Origin: Geotalea uraniireducens Rf4
Lineage (GTDB): Bacteria; Desulfobacterota; Desulfuromonadia; Geobacterales; Geobacteraceae
Length of the DNA: 32,000 nt
Assembly (NCBI RefSeq): GCF_000016745.1
Contig: NC_009483.1
Coordinates: 3,840,001 to 3,872,000 of the forward strand
Direction of reading: 5' to 3'
The notes below the pieces were generated by a model, which had not been told where the DNA came from, ran no database searches, and was given only the letters and a program-made list of their open reading frames with translations. Within the stretch, counting starts at the first letter, position 1, and every line of letters starts with the position of its first letter. Shown one piece after another: positions 1-7,960 of the stretch. A program made the translations under genes and the position numbers.

Positions 1-1093
1 TGTCGGCAAGGAGTGGCGCGACCTCCTCCGCAGCGGGAAAGCGCCCCTTTGCCTCGCCCCAGGCGGCAAGGGTGGCCGCGGCGGTAATAGTGTCGAGCCC
101 CAGCTCGTTGCAGAGGGTATTGGCCTTGACTATGGCATGCAGGTCTGCGATGCCGTTCAAGGCGCCGAAGTGGGAAACGGTTTCGTATTCGGGAAGCGGC
201 TCCCCCTGGGGGGTGCTCTTCTTGCACTGGATGGGGCAGCCAAAACAGCCGTCTTTTTTCGCTTCGCACGCTTTGCGGATTGCCGGGCCGGAATAGTTGC
301 CGGAATCGGGAAACACCGTCTTTCTGAAGTTTTCGGTCGGGGCCATGCGCCGCTGGCGCATCAGGTCCACCAGTGCCGGCGTACCGTATTCGGCTATCCC
401 CAATTCGCCAAAAATGACCGGCGAGGCGCGGAACAGCCGCATCACATCCTGGCGGGCATGGTCAAAGCGGCTCTGGTCGGCAACAGCGGTGGCCCGGTCG
501 CCGTCAACGATCACTGCCTTGAGCTTTTTCCTTCCCATCACAGCGCCGAGACCGCCACGGCCGACGGAGTTCCCCTCCCCCATCATGATATTGGCGTAGA
601 GGACACCGTTCTCCCCGGCAGGGCCGATACAGGCGACGCTCCCCCCTCCGGACAGGGCGGAGACGGTATCAGGGACAGCTTTGCCCCACAGCTCCCCGGC
701 CGGCAAAAGTTCCGCATCATCACCGTTGATGGCGAGCACCACGGGCTTCGCGCTCTGTCCGGTTAAGAACAGGGCATCCACCCCGGCTGCCTTGAGGCGC
801 CAGGCAAACCGCCCCCCGGCGGAACAGTCGTAAATGGTGCCGGTCAGTGGCGAGCGGGAAACCACCGTCAGCCGGGCAGCAGTGGGGGCAACGGTGCCGC
901 ACAAAGGGCCGACGGCAAAGATCAGCGGCATCTCCGGGGCGAACGGGTCAAGCATGAAATAATCCCGCATCAGCCGCACCCCCAGCCCACGCCCACCGAG
1001 ATAGGCATGGAGCAGTTCGAAAGGTACATCCTCCCGCCATGCCTTGCCGCTCGCCAAGTCAACCTTCAGTATTTTTCCGGTCCAACCGTGCAT
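1..1093 (-). CDS. aor: Aldehyde:ferredoxin oxidoreductase (tungstopterin AOR family), N-terminal ~364 codons; the C-terminal part lies beyond the window edge
   Basis: It is absent from the ORF track because it has no stop inside the window. Hand translation of the minus strand from ATG 1093..1091 is stop-free to position 2. It reads MHGWTGKILKVDLASGKAWREDVPFELLHAYLGGRGLGVRLM...GPAGENGVLYANIMM...GRKKLKAVIVDG...KDGCFGCPIQCKK, a typical AOR N-terminal domain plus Cys-cluster region. The listed + strand ORFs 137..766 and 297..599 are antisense shadows. Confidence 0.85.
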   Translation of the reverse strand, partial: MHGWTGKILKVDLASGKAWREDVPFELLHAYLGGRGLGVRLMRDYFMLDPFAPEMPLIFAVGPLCGTVAPTAARLTVVSRSPLTGTIYDCSAGGRFAWRLKAAGVDALFLTGQSAKPVVLAINGDDAELLPAGELWGKAVPDTVSALSGGGSVACIGPAGENGVLYANIMMGEGNSVGRGGLGAVMGRKKLKAVIVDGDRATAVADQSRFDHARQDVMRLFRASPVIFGELGIAEYGTPALVDLMRQRRMAPTENFRKTVFPDSGNYSGPAIRKACEAKKDGCFGCPIQCKKSTPQGEPLPEYETVSHFGALNGIADLHAIVKANTLCNELGLDTITAAATLAAWGEAKGRFPAAEEVAPLLAD

Positions 1094-1103
1094 ATACAAT
1101 CCA

Positions 1104-1179
1104 GTTCGAGGTTCTATGTTCGAAGTTCGAAGTTCGAGGTTTCACCATCAACCGCCGACCGCCGACCATCGACCGCCTT
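1104..1179. repeat. Two adjacent arrays of tandem heptanucleotide repeats filling the manC-aor intergenic gap
   Basis: Read directly from the sequence. 1104..1145 is GTTCGAG GTTCTAT GTTCGAA GTTCGAA GTTCGAG GTTTCAC. ~1145..1179 is CCATCAA CCGCCGA CCGCCGA CCATCGA CCGCCTT, and its last heptamer touches the manC stop codon (1179..1181). The CCGCCGA-type array recurs at 12774..12849. Confidence 0.8.
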
Positions 1180-2255
1180 TACAAGTACTCCGTCATCCCC
1201 CGCCGCTCCAGTTCCTCCACCACTTTCTTCACATCCTGGGCGCGATCTTTCGCACAGACGAGCATCGCATCGGCGGTATTGACGACGATCAGGTCGTTGA
1301 CCCCGACCAGCGCCACGAGCCGGTTATCACCGTAGACCAGGCAATCGGCTGCATCGACGGAAACGACCTCCTTGGCGTTGATCACCACGTGACCTGTCGC
1401 ATCGGCATCGACAACTTCAGGGATGGCGCTCCAGCTCCCCACATCGCTCCAGCCGAAATCGGCCGGGATAACCTGGACGTTATCCGCCTTCTCCATGACG
1501 CCGAAATCGATGGACTCTCCGCCGATCTCTCCGTAGATCGACTCTATCTGCGGTTTGAGATCGCTCAATTCCCAGATGTTGTCGGAAAAGACGAGCTTTG
1601 CCAGGGAAGCGGCAAGCTGCGGCATGCATTCGTTGATCTTGTCGAGAATGGCGCAGGCCTGCCAGACGAACATGCCGCTGTTCCAGTAAAAATTGCCGGC
1701 GGCGAGAAATTCGAGGGCCTTCTCCCTGTTCGGTTTTTCCACAAAGCGTTTCACAGGGTAAGGTCCGCCCCCCCGCAGCTCGCTCTCCGCCTCGATGTAG
1801 CCGTAACCGGTTTCCGGCCTGGTCGGCGTGATCCCCAGTGTAACCAGGTAACCGTTCAGCGCAGCCTCTTTCCCCTGCGTCAGAACCTGGGCGAAACCCT
1901 CCTCGTTGACGATGTAATGATCGGCGGGGAGCACCGCCATGACCCCATCGGGGTCGTGGTAGGCGATGATCGACGCGGCCAGGCCGATGGCAGGGGCGGT
2001 ATTTCGCCCTACCGGCTCGGCGATGATGTCGATGGGAACGTCATGCAGATATTCCAGCTGCCTCCCGGTCTCCTCGGCCTGGAGGGCGTTGGTGACAACC
2101 AGAATCCTTTTTGGCCGGAGCGGCAATACCCGCTCAACGGTCCGCTGCAGCATTGATTTGCCGCCGAATACCGACATCAGTTGCTTGGGGCTCTTTTTTC
2201 GTGACAACGGCCAGAAACGGGTGCCGGAACCACCGGCAAGGATAACGATATACAT
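1179..2255 (-). CDS. manC: Mannose-1-phosphate guanylyltransferase (GDP-mannose pyrophosphorylase, NTP-transferase domain only)
   Basis: The ORF is 358 aa and begins MYIVILAGGSGTRFWPLSRKKSPKQLMSVFG, which carries the GxGTR nucleotidyl-transferase signature of ManC/CpsB N-terminal domains. The ATG is preceded by GGAGA. The 370-aa + ORF 1044..2156 is its antisense shadow. Confidence 0.9.
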   Translation of the reverse strand: MYIVILAGGSGTRFWPLSRKKSPKQLMSVFGGKSMLQRTVERVLPLRPKRILVVTNALQAEETGRQLEYLHDVPIDIIAEPVGRNTAPAIGLAASIIAYHDPDGVMAVLPADHYIVNEEGFAQVLTQGKEAALNGYLVTLGITPTRPETGYGYIEAESELRGGGPYPVKRFVEKPNREKALEFLAAGNFYWNSGMFVWQACAILDKINECMPQLAASLAKLVFSDNIWELSDLKPQIESIYGEIGGESIDFGVMEKADNVQVIPADFGWSDVGSWSAIPEVVDADATGHVVINAKEVVSVDAADCLVYGDNRLVALVGVNDLIVVNTADAMLVCAKDRAQDVKKVVEELERRGMTEYL

Positions 2256-2340
2256 GGCAGGTCTCCATGGTAAATGATGCAGGCACGATCAGGCCTGTGA
2301 GATCGCTTTGACACATAAAAGAAGCGGCGAAAATTATTAT

Positions 2341-2706
2341 TTAAGGAAGCGTCTCTTCCTCATTGCCGGCACGATTGTAGTCGTCCTGAAAGCGGACGAT
2401 ATCGTCCTCTCCGAGATATTCACCGCTCTGCACCTCGATGATGGTCAGGGGAATGACGCCGGGATTTTCCAGGCGGTGATTTGTACCGATGGGGATGAAG
2501 GTGGACTCGTTGATGTTTATAATCCGCTCCCGGTCGCCGCAGGTGACCCTGGCTGTACCGGAAACGACAATCCAGTGCTCGCTGCGATGATGGTGCATCT
2601 GCAGCGAGAGCCGCTGCCCGGGATTCACCTCGATCCGCTTGATCTTGTAATTCTTGTTTTCCTCAAGGACCGTGTACGTTCCCCATGGTCTCTCACCGCG
2701 TTCCAT
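2341..2706 (-). CDS. Cupin-fold protein equivalent to the C-terminal mannose-6-phosphate isomerase domain of type II PMI/GMP (ManC)
   Basis: The sequence RPWGTYTVLEENKNYKIKRIEVNPGQRLSLQMHHHRSEHWIVVSGTARV...NHRLENPG...IEVQSGEYLGEDDIVRFQDDY is the classic ManC C-terminal cupin. The ORF track starts at 2751. I prefer ATG 2706..2704 (MERGERPWG) because it overlaps the rfbD TGA by one base (TGATG) and follows GAGGAGG. Confidence 0.8.
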   Translation of the reverse strand: MERGERPWGTYTVLEENKNYKIKRIEVNPGQRLSLQMHHHRSEHWIVVSGTARVTCGDRERIININESTFIPIGTNHRLENPGVIPLTIIEVQSGEYLGEDDIVRFQDDYNRAGNEEETLP

Positions 2707-3536
2707 CACTGCCTCCTCAGATTTAAGTAGTTTTTCAGGGCCTCCTGCCACGGCTGTGGCTGAAAGCCCGCGTCACGGTTCAACTTGCCGCAGTCGAGGG
2801 TCGAGTAGAGCGGCCGCGGCGCGGGACGACCCAGTTCGGCGGTGGACATGGGATTGACCGTGATCCCCATCCCCGCCTCGGCAAAAATAACCCGGGCAAA
2901 CTCGTTCCAGGAACAGAACCCGCCGTTGGCCGCATGGTACGTGCCGCAGCACCCCTTGTCGATCAGCGCCTTGATGGCCAGGCTGAGGTCCACGGTCCAG
3001 GTGGGGGAACCGATCTGGTCGTCCACCACGGAAAGCTCCTTTTTCTCCGCGGCCAGGCGGAGCATGGTCTCGACGAAGTTTTTGCCGTGCAGGCCGTAAA
3101 GCCACTGGGTCCGCACAATGAGGTGGTCGGGGTTGAAACAGGCGTTCATCTCGCCGGCCAGCTTGGACTCGCCGTAAACACTGAGTGGACGTGGGGGATC
3201 GTCCTCCAGGTAGGGGCTCCCCTTGCCGCCGTCAAAGACGTAATCGGTGCTTATCTGCACCAGTTTGGCGCCGATTTCCTTGCTTATCAGTGCCAGGTGG
3301 GCGACACCTTCGCCATTAACCTGCATGGCCAGTTCCTGGTTGCTCTCGCAGCCATCCACGTCGGTATAGGCGGCGGCATTGATCACCACCCGGGGTTTGA
3401 GGGTGACGAGCACCTTCTGCACCGATTCCATCGATGTTATGTCGATATCTTCGATATCCACCCCACGCGCCTCAGTGCCCAGAAGCGTCATCAGGTCCTG
3501 CCCCAGCATCCCTTTTGCTCCGACAACGAGTATCAT
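2706..3536 (-). CDS. rfbD: dTDP-4-dehydrorhamnose reductase
   Basis: These are the last 276 aa of the 645-aa track ORF 2706..4643: MILVVGAKGMLGQDLM...AAAYTDVDGCE...STDYVFDG...PLSVYGESKLAGE. This shows the RmlD Rossmann fold and YxxxK motif. ATG 3536..3534 overlaps the rfbB TAA by 1 nt (TAATG). The upstream 369 aa of the track ORF are out-of-frame read-through of rfbB. Confidence 0.93.
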   Translation of the reverse strand: MILVVGAKGMLGQDLMTLLGTEARGVDIEDIDITSMESVQKVLVTLKPRVVINAAAYTDVDGCESNQELAMQVNGEGVAHLALISKEIGAKLVQISTDYVFDGGKGSPYLEDDPPRPLSVYGESKLAGEMNACFNPDHLIVRTQWLYGLHGKNFVETMLRLAAEKKELSVVDDQIGSPTWTVDLSLAIKALIDKGCCGTYHAANGGFCSWNEFARVIFAEAGMGITVNPMSTAELGRPAPRPLYSTLDCGKLNRDAGFQPQPWQEALKNYLNLRRQ

Positions 3537-4609
3537 TACCTTCCTCCGTACATTGTTTCGTAATAGTCGCGATATGCGCCGGACGTCACCGTTCCCACCC
3601 ACTCCTGGTTGGCCAGGTACCAGTCGATGGTTTCGGCGATGCCGCGCTCGAAGGTGTAGGACGGCTCCCAGGAAAGCTCCCGGCGCATCCTGGAGGCGTC
3701 GATGGCATAGCGGCGATCGTGCCCCGGCCGGTCCTTGACAAAGGTGATGAGCTGCCGGTTTTCTCCCGACGACCGCCCCAGCTTGGCGTCGAGCAGGTCG
3801 CAAACCAGGTTGACGATGTCGATGTTCCGCCATTCGTTGTTGCCGCCGATGTTGTACACCTGTCCGAGCCCACCCGTCTTGAGGACGGTTTCGATGGCAA
3901 TGGAATGGTCCTTCACATGGAGCCAGTCGCGGACGTTGAGCCCGTCGCCGTAGACCGGCAGCGGCTTTTTGTTCATGATGTTGTGGATCATGAGCGGGAT
4001 CAGTTTTTCCGGAAAGTGATAAGGGCCGTAATTGTTGGAGCAGCGGGTATTGAGGGTGGGGAAGCCGTAGGTCTCGTGATAGGCCCGCACCAGCAGGTCG
4101 GCCCCCGCCTTGCTCGCGGAATAGGGAGAATTGGGGGCGAGCGGCGTCTCTTCGGTAAAAAAACCGGTATCGCCGAGGGAACCGTAGACCTCGTCGGTGG
4201 AAACCTGGAGGAAGCGGAATTCCGGCACCACACGGGCCTGCCAGTGCTTGCGGCTCTCTTCCAGGAGGACCTGGGAGCCGAGCACATTGGTGCGGACAAA
4301 GATCTCCGGCCCGGTAATGGAGCGGTCCACGTGGGACTCTGCTGCAAAGTGGACCACTGCGTCGATCCGCTCCTCGGCCAGGAGCCGCGCCACCAGCGCA
4401 CTGTCGCAGATGTCCCCCTTGACGAAGCGGTAAGAGGGGTTGTTCTCCACCCCTTTCAGGTTTTCCAGGTTGCCTGCGTAGGTGAGCACGTCCAGGTTGA
4501 CCAGGCGGCAGCCGGGATTGCCGGCCATGAAGCTGTTGATGAAGTTCGAGCCGATGAATCCTGCGCCACCGGTGACGAGGATGGCGCGCGGGGTAAAGTG
4601 CTCCGACAT
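3536..4609 (-). CDS. rfbB: dTDP-glucose 4,6-dehydratase
   Basis: The ORF is 357 aa: MSEHFTPRAILVTGGAGFIGSNFI...NLDVLTYAGNLENL...STDEVYG...SPYSASKAGADLLVRAY. These are RmlB hallmarks. An AGGAGG RBS sits 5 nt upstream of the ATG. Confidence 0.95.
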   Translation of the reverse strand: MSEHFTPRAILVTGGAGFIGSNFINSFMAGNPGCRLVNLDVLTYAGNLENLKGVENNPSYRFVKGDICDSALVARLLAEERIDAVVHFAAESHVDRSITGPEIFVRTNVLGSQVLLEESRKHWQARVVPEFRFLQVSTDEVYGSLGDTGFFTEETPLAPNSPYSASKAGADLLVRAYHETYGFPTLNTRCSNNYGPYHFPEKLIPLMIHNIMNKKPLPVYGDGLNVRDWLHVKDHSIAIETVLKTGGLGQVYNIGGNNEWRNIDIVNLVCDLLDAKLGRSSGENRQLITFVKDRPGHDRRYAIDASRMRRELSWEPSYTFERGIAETIDWYLANQEWVGTVTSGAYRDYYETMYGGR

Positions 4610-4647
4610 CTGTTCCTCCTGAATTTATTGATATAATCGACAACTCG

Positions 4648-6186
4648 TCAAGACATCATGATATATCCCTGTTTCGACAACCACTCTATATCATCGAGGA
4701 ATCTTGTCGTATTACCGATTGCCGGTTTCAATGACGGTGCATATTGGGCAACCAGATTGGGAATATCTTTAAGTTTAAGACCATAGAATGGTCCAAATCC
4801 CGGAACGAGAACATATCCACTGGATTTTTGCGTTGAGACGGTTTTGCCATTAACTGCGACCGTATCCAGGATCAGATAGCGGCGAGACATTTCCATCCTT
4901 GTCTCAGAGAGGCTGAACTTGTGTTTTTCCGTTTTAAGTATATTCCCGTCATCGACTGCAGATGTGAAAACTCTTTCGATTTCAGAAATAGTGTAACCGT
5001 ACTCTGCCAGCGCCTTTACAGCTTGGGTCTTATCGCCATCGAACTTCAACAAAGCGTGTTCAAGTTCCAGATCTGTCAGAAAGCCTATCCGTTGAAGTTC
5101 ACGGCGCAACCTGATCGGCGCGCTTTTGATCTGGAAAAACGAATGGGTATTTTTCATTTGGAGGAGGGTTTTCAGATCGCCGTTAAGAGAAGCAAAATAA
5201 CCGGCGCCGTCAACATATTCAACAAACAAATGATTTACCGTAAAACGCCTTGCAGATGAGGTCTGATCTACGTTTTTATGACTGACACTGCCGGAATCTC
5301 CTGCATAAAACTGACATTGAACGAACAGTTTAGGCTGCCATCCGACAGTGTTGTAGGGAAGGATAAAATCGTATTTCCTAACTTTGGTCCGATCTGAGCT
5401 GTCGGCTTTTTTTCTTGCGGCAGCAGTATTAATCACTACATCATCATTATTGAAATCTACTCCTTGCTTCATACCCCAATCAGTCATCATTGTTCGCAAC
5501 AGCTGTTCGGGATTATGCCCCCCTGAAGCGGTAACCGATCCCCTAATCTTGAAAATAACCAGGGGCGATAATAGGGATTTCTCTTTGTTGTAAGGTTTTA
5601 GAGAATAGTAACAGTTACCGATGGCCCATAGTTGAGACAAGTAAGCGTCATCTGAAAGAGTAAATTCGAAAAACTCTCGTAACAGTTCAGTCTGTATGTC
5701 CGTGTACTTTTCTAAATTAGCGACAATTGTCATAAATTGTTCTGCTTTTATGACCCTGGGCCAATCCAGATAATTCAAGCATCCTTTACTCACAACAGGC
5801 ATACTGTTAAGTATATTTTTTTGTCGGATGTAAATCGGCAACTGGCACTTGCAGTTATTGTCGGATTTTCCGCTAACAAGATAGATAAGGTCTGATATCG
5901 ACGTGAGAAATTTCTTTGCCGATTTCTTATCGGAGTTAGCTATTTCCACCTCTACTGCTTCGGCTATTTTGCTTATGTCAGGCCGTTTTTTCAGCGAAAA
6001 TTTGTCGGTCGTCCTTCCCAAAACCTCAAAAATTCGCACAGCGCTCTCCATCTCCTTATTAAAGCGCTCCGTATCGCGAATTTCACCCAGCGTCGGCGTC
6101 AACCATATATCGAACTCCAACAAGGCATCTGTGCTGCTAATCGGTGTTAACGGCAATTTCATGATTTGCATCTCCACGGTTAGCAT
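4648..6186 (-). CDS. Uncharacterised 504-512 aa protein, probable nuclease/effector partner of the overlapping DNA methyltransferase
   Basis: This is a long clean ORF in the AT-rich island, on the same strand as the MTase, and its 5' end overlaps the MTase 3' end. Candidate starts are ATG 6186, 6171 and 6162. The last is 9 nt after GGAG, so it is preferred and gives 504 aa. The central segment KYDFILPYNTVGWQPKLFVQCQFYAGDSGSVSHKNVDQ resembles, from memory, the D..(E)x(N/K)FYSGSGSK core of DpnII/MboI-type PD-(D/E)xK endonucleases. I did not recognise any other family. Confidence 0.7.
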   Translation of the reverse strand: MLTVEMQIMKLPLTPISSTDALLEFDIWLTPTLGEIRDTERFNKEMESAVRIFEVLGRTTDKFSLKKRPDISKIAEAVEVEIANSDKKSAKKFLTSISDLIYLVSGKSDNNCKCQLPIYIRQKNILNSMPVVSKGCLNYLDWPRVIKAEQFMTIVANLEKYTDIQTELLREFFEFTLSDDAYLSQLWAIGNCYYSLKPYNKEKSLLSPLVIFKIRGSVTASGGHNPEQLLRTMMTDWGMKQGVDFNNDDVVINTAAARKKADSSDRTKVRKYDFILPYNTVGWQPKLFVQCQFYAGDSGSVSHKNVDQTSSARRFTVNHLFVEYVDGAGYFASLNGDLKTLLQMKNTHSFFQIKSAPIRLRRELQRIGFLTDLELEHALLKFDGDKTQAVKALAEYGYTISEIERVFTSAVDDGNILKTEKHKFSLSETRMEMSRRYLILDTVAVNGKTVSTQKSSGYVLVPGFGPFYGLKLKDIPNLVAQYAPSLKPAIGNTTRFLDDIEWLSKQGYIMMS

Positions 6187-7927
6187 GAATCCAGAATTTT
6201 TCGTCTATCTGTTTGGAAATTTTGTGCAGGCATTTGAATTGCGACGATTGAGCCAATACGTCATTAACCGTATGCAGGGTCAGTTCACCGTCTGTTTTGC
6301 CGTTTTCCACACTGTATTGAAAGGTAAACCACTCTACGGTTAATGCGTCAAGAATATCGCTGCTATGGGCAAAACCTTTCTTGTACACGATTTCATGCGT
6401 CAACCGCAAAGTTTCGTCAAAGACATTAAATAGCCCCTTGCTGAAAACATGCCTCTTAATGGAACCATCGGGTTTTCTGAAGTGGATAAGGACATCGCTT
6501 TTAGGGGCTTTGGTCATAACGCTTTCCGTTAGCGACGGTGCGCTCCTCCGTATCGGAGCAACCACAACCAACTCAAAGCCGCTGTCCTTACAGGCTGAAA
6601 TTAATGAGTTCCAAACTTTGATATCCTTGTTATTGAACGTCACGCTCATCCAGCGCCCCGGCTTTAGAAGACGATAAGCTTCGGCAAATACTTTTTTCAA
6701 CCCTGCTGCATAGTCGACTTCAGACTTGTTCCGGTAGGGATTAAAGGCAACTTCCGCATCGAGGTCTTCATGGAATCCCAGCCAGAGATTCCACAGCATA
6801 GACAGTTCGCCGTACTGAATCCCCTCGCCGCCGTAAGGTGGATCGGTAAGGATGTAATCCACGGAATTATCCTGAAGTGAGGCAAATTTCTTCCGCGAAT
6901 CATGGATCAGCACTTTACCCCAATTTGCGGCATTATCAGGCAGGACTTCTTTTAATTCATTTACCGCAGCTTTTGTCCGCACCAATCTATTTTTAAAATA
7001 ATGAAGCACATTAAGTTCCTGCCAATCGGCCGGTAGCCAGTAACAGTTAATTTTCCAGCTCGGGCCGCCTGCGTTTTCCTTATAATCCGCGATCATCCTC
7101 GACGATTGAGCGAGATTCGCTGTAAAGGTAAGCTTTAGAAACCTCTGACAAACTTCATCTTCCACCTGAGAAATCAATGACCAGAGCCGAGACAATACCA
7201 GCAGGTTACGGGGAGTAAACAGGTCGGAAAACTTTTCGATTTTCCGTCTTTTCAGCTTTTGCATCTCCCAGCCGTAATACATTTCCATATCCGGACAGGA
7301 AACTTCATACTGAGCTGATGCTTTCCGCAAATCCTCATCCGTAGGCAGATGTTCCAGTTTCTTTTTACATTTAGTGCAGTTATAACGCACTGAGACAAGT
7401 TCTTCTTTATGCCATCCAAACGATCTTGGTATAACTTCTGCTCCACACAAGATACAGCGGCTTCCGTAAATATCATATAAGTGAGGCAGTAACTCAGCCA
7501 TTATTGTAGCCGCAGCATGGTCAATCTCTTCACATTTATTGCCGGCTATCAATGTTTCGGTTAAATAAACGGCAAAAGGGTTAAGATCAAAACCGACAGC
7601 TTTTCTTTTTTCAATAATAGCTTCAACAACAGTAATACCACTGCCACAAAAGGGATCTAAGACCAATTCCCCTTCTTTTGAAAAAAATGAAATACACTTG
7701 CTAAATACATTTGCCGGTTTTTTCCCCCAGTATTTATGTAAATTATGCCTAGCTGGGAAGGTATCTGGAATAAGGATTCCAAGATGGGTATTGATGATGT
7801 CCGCATCGATGCTGGAGATATCAAGTTCCCCACTCTGTTGAGCATTCACATAAGACGACAAACTGCCCATGAGCGGTAACTCTTGCTGATCGTACCTGCT
7901 GTATTTCCTGCGGCTTGCTGTGGGCAT
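6137..7927 (-). CDS. DNA methyltransferase (DPPY catalytic motif, N6-adenine/N4-cytosine type) with an internal CxxC..CxxC zinc ribbon
   Basis: The ORF is 596 aa. The AdoMet motif I, LVLDPFCGSGITVVEA, is preceded by HKYWGKKP. Then comes CILC-x22-CTKC, and motif IV, DYILTDPPYGGEGIQYGELSMLWNLWL, lies about 260 aa downstream. So the order is motif I, then insert, then motif IV. This resembles a shortened COG1743/DUF1156-type Zn-ribbon methylase. No clear SD precedes ATG 7927. Confidence 0.85.
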   Translation of the reverse strand: MPTASRRKYSRYDQQELPLMGSLSSYVNAQQSGELDISSIDADIINTHLGILIPDTFPARHNLHKYWGKKPANVFSKCISFFSKEGELVLDPFCGSGITVVEAIIEKRKAVGFDLNPFAVYLTETLIAGNKCEEIDHAAATIMAELLPHLYDIYGSRCILCGAEVIPRSFGWHKEELVSVRYNCTKCKKKLEHLPTDEDLRKASAQYEVSCPDMEMYYGWEMQKLKRRKIEKFSDLFTPRNLLVLSRLWSLISQVEDEVCQRFLKLTFTANLAQSSRMIADYKENAGGPSWKINCYWLPADWQELNVLHYFKNRLVRTKAAVNELKEVLPDNAANWGKVLIHDSRKKFASLQDNSVDYILTDPPYGGEGIQYGELSMLWNLWLGFHEDLDAEVAFNPYRNKSEVDYAAGLKKVFAEAYRLLKPGRWMSVTFNNKDIKVWNSLISACKDSGFELVVVAPIRRSAPSLTESVMTKAPKSDVLIHFRKPDGSIKRHVFSKGLFNVFDETLRLTHEIVYKKGFAHSSDILDALTVEWFTFQYSVENGKTDGELTLHTVNDVLAQSSQFKCLHKISKQIDEKFWIHANRGDANHEIAVNTD

Positions 7928-7960
7928 ATATATTCCATGTTTACATAAAAGGTTTAAGAC

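Noticed and set aside
1104-1145. GTTCGAA motifs that resemble a tRNA T-arm (GGTTCGAATCC).
   Set aside because: They are phased 7-nt tandem repeats. There is no acceptor, D or anticodon stem around them, so they cannot form a cloverleaf.
1044-2156. A 370-aa + strand ORF, along with similar long ORFs at 3434..4636, 9218..9997, 13775..14638, 14475..15245, 20869..21786 and 23628..24566.
   Set aside because: All lie exactly antisense to genes with unmistakable family signatures (manC, rfbB, lptD, MCP, uup, trpB). They have Arg/Pro/Gly/His-rich low-complexity translations and lack an RBS. These are typical shadow ORFs of GC-rich DNA.
3537-4643. The upstream 369 codons of the 645-aa track ORF 2706..4643.
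   Set aside because: This part is an out-of-frame read-through across rfbB, with a Pro/Arg/Gly-rich nonsense translation. The genuine rfbD begins at MILVVGAKG (ATG 3536), with a 1-nt stop/start overlap with rfbB.
4610-4647. A promoter-like TTGACG-18-TAAATT whose -35 box overlaps the island gene's stop codon, which could have acted as an rfbB promoter.
   Set aside because: The predicted start site would fall inside or after the AGGAGG RBS of rfbB, which is functionally implausible. rfbB is more likely transcribed by read-through.
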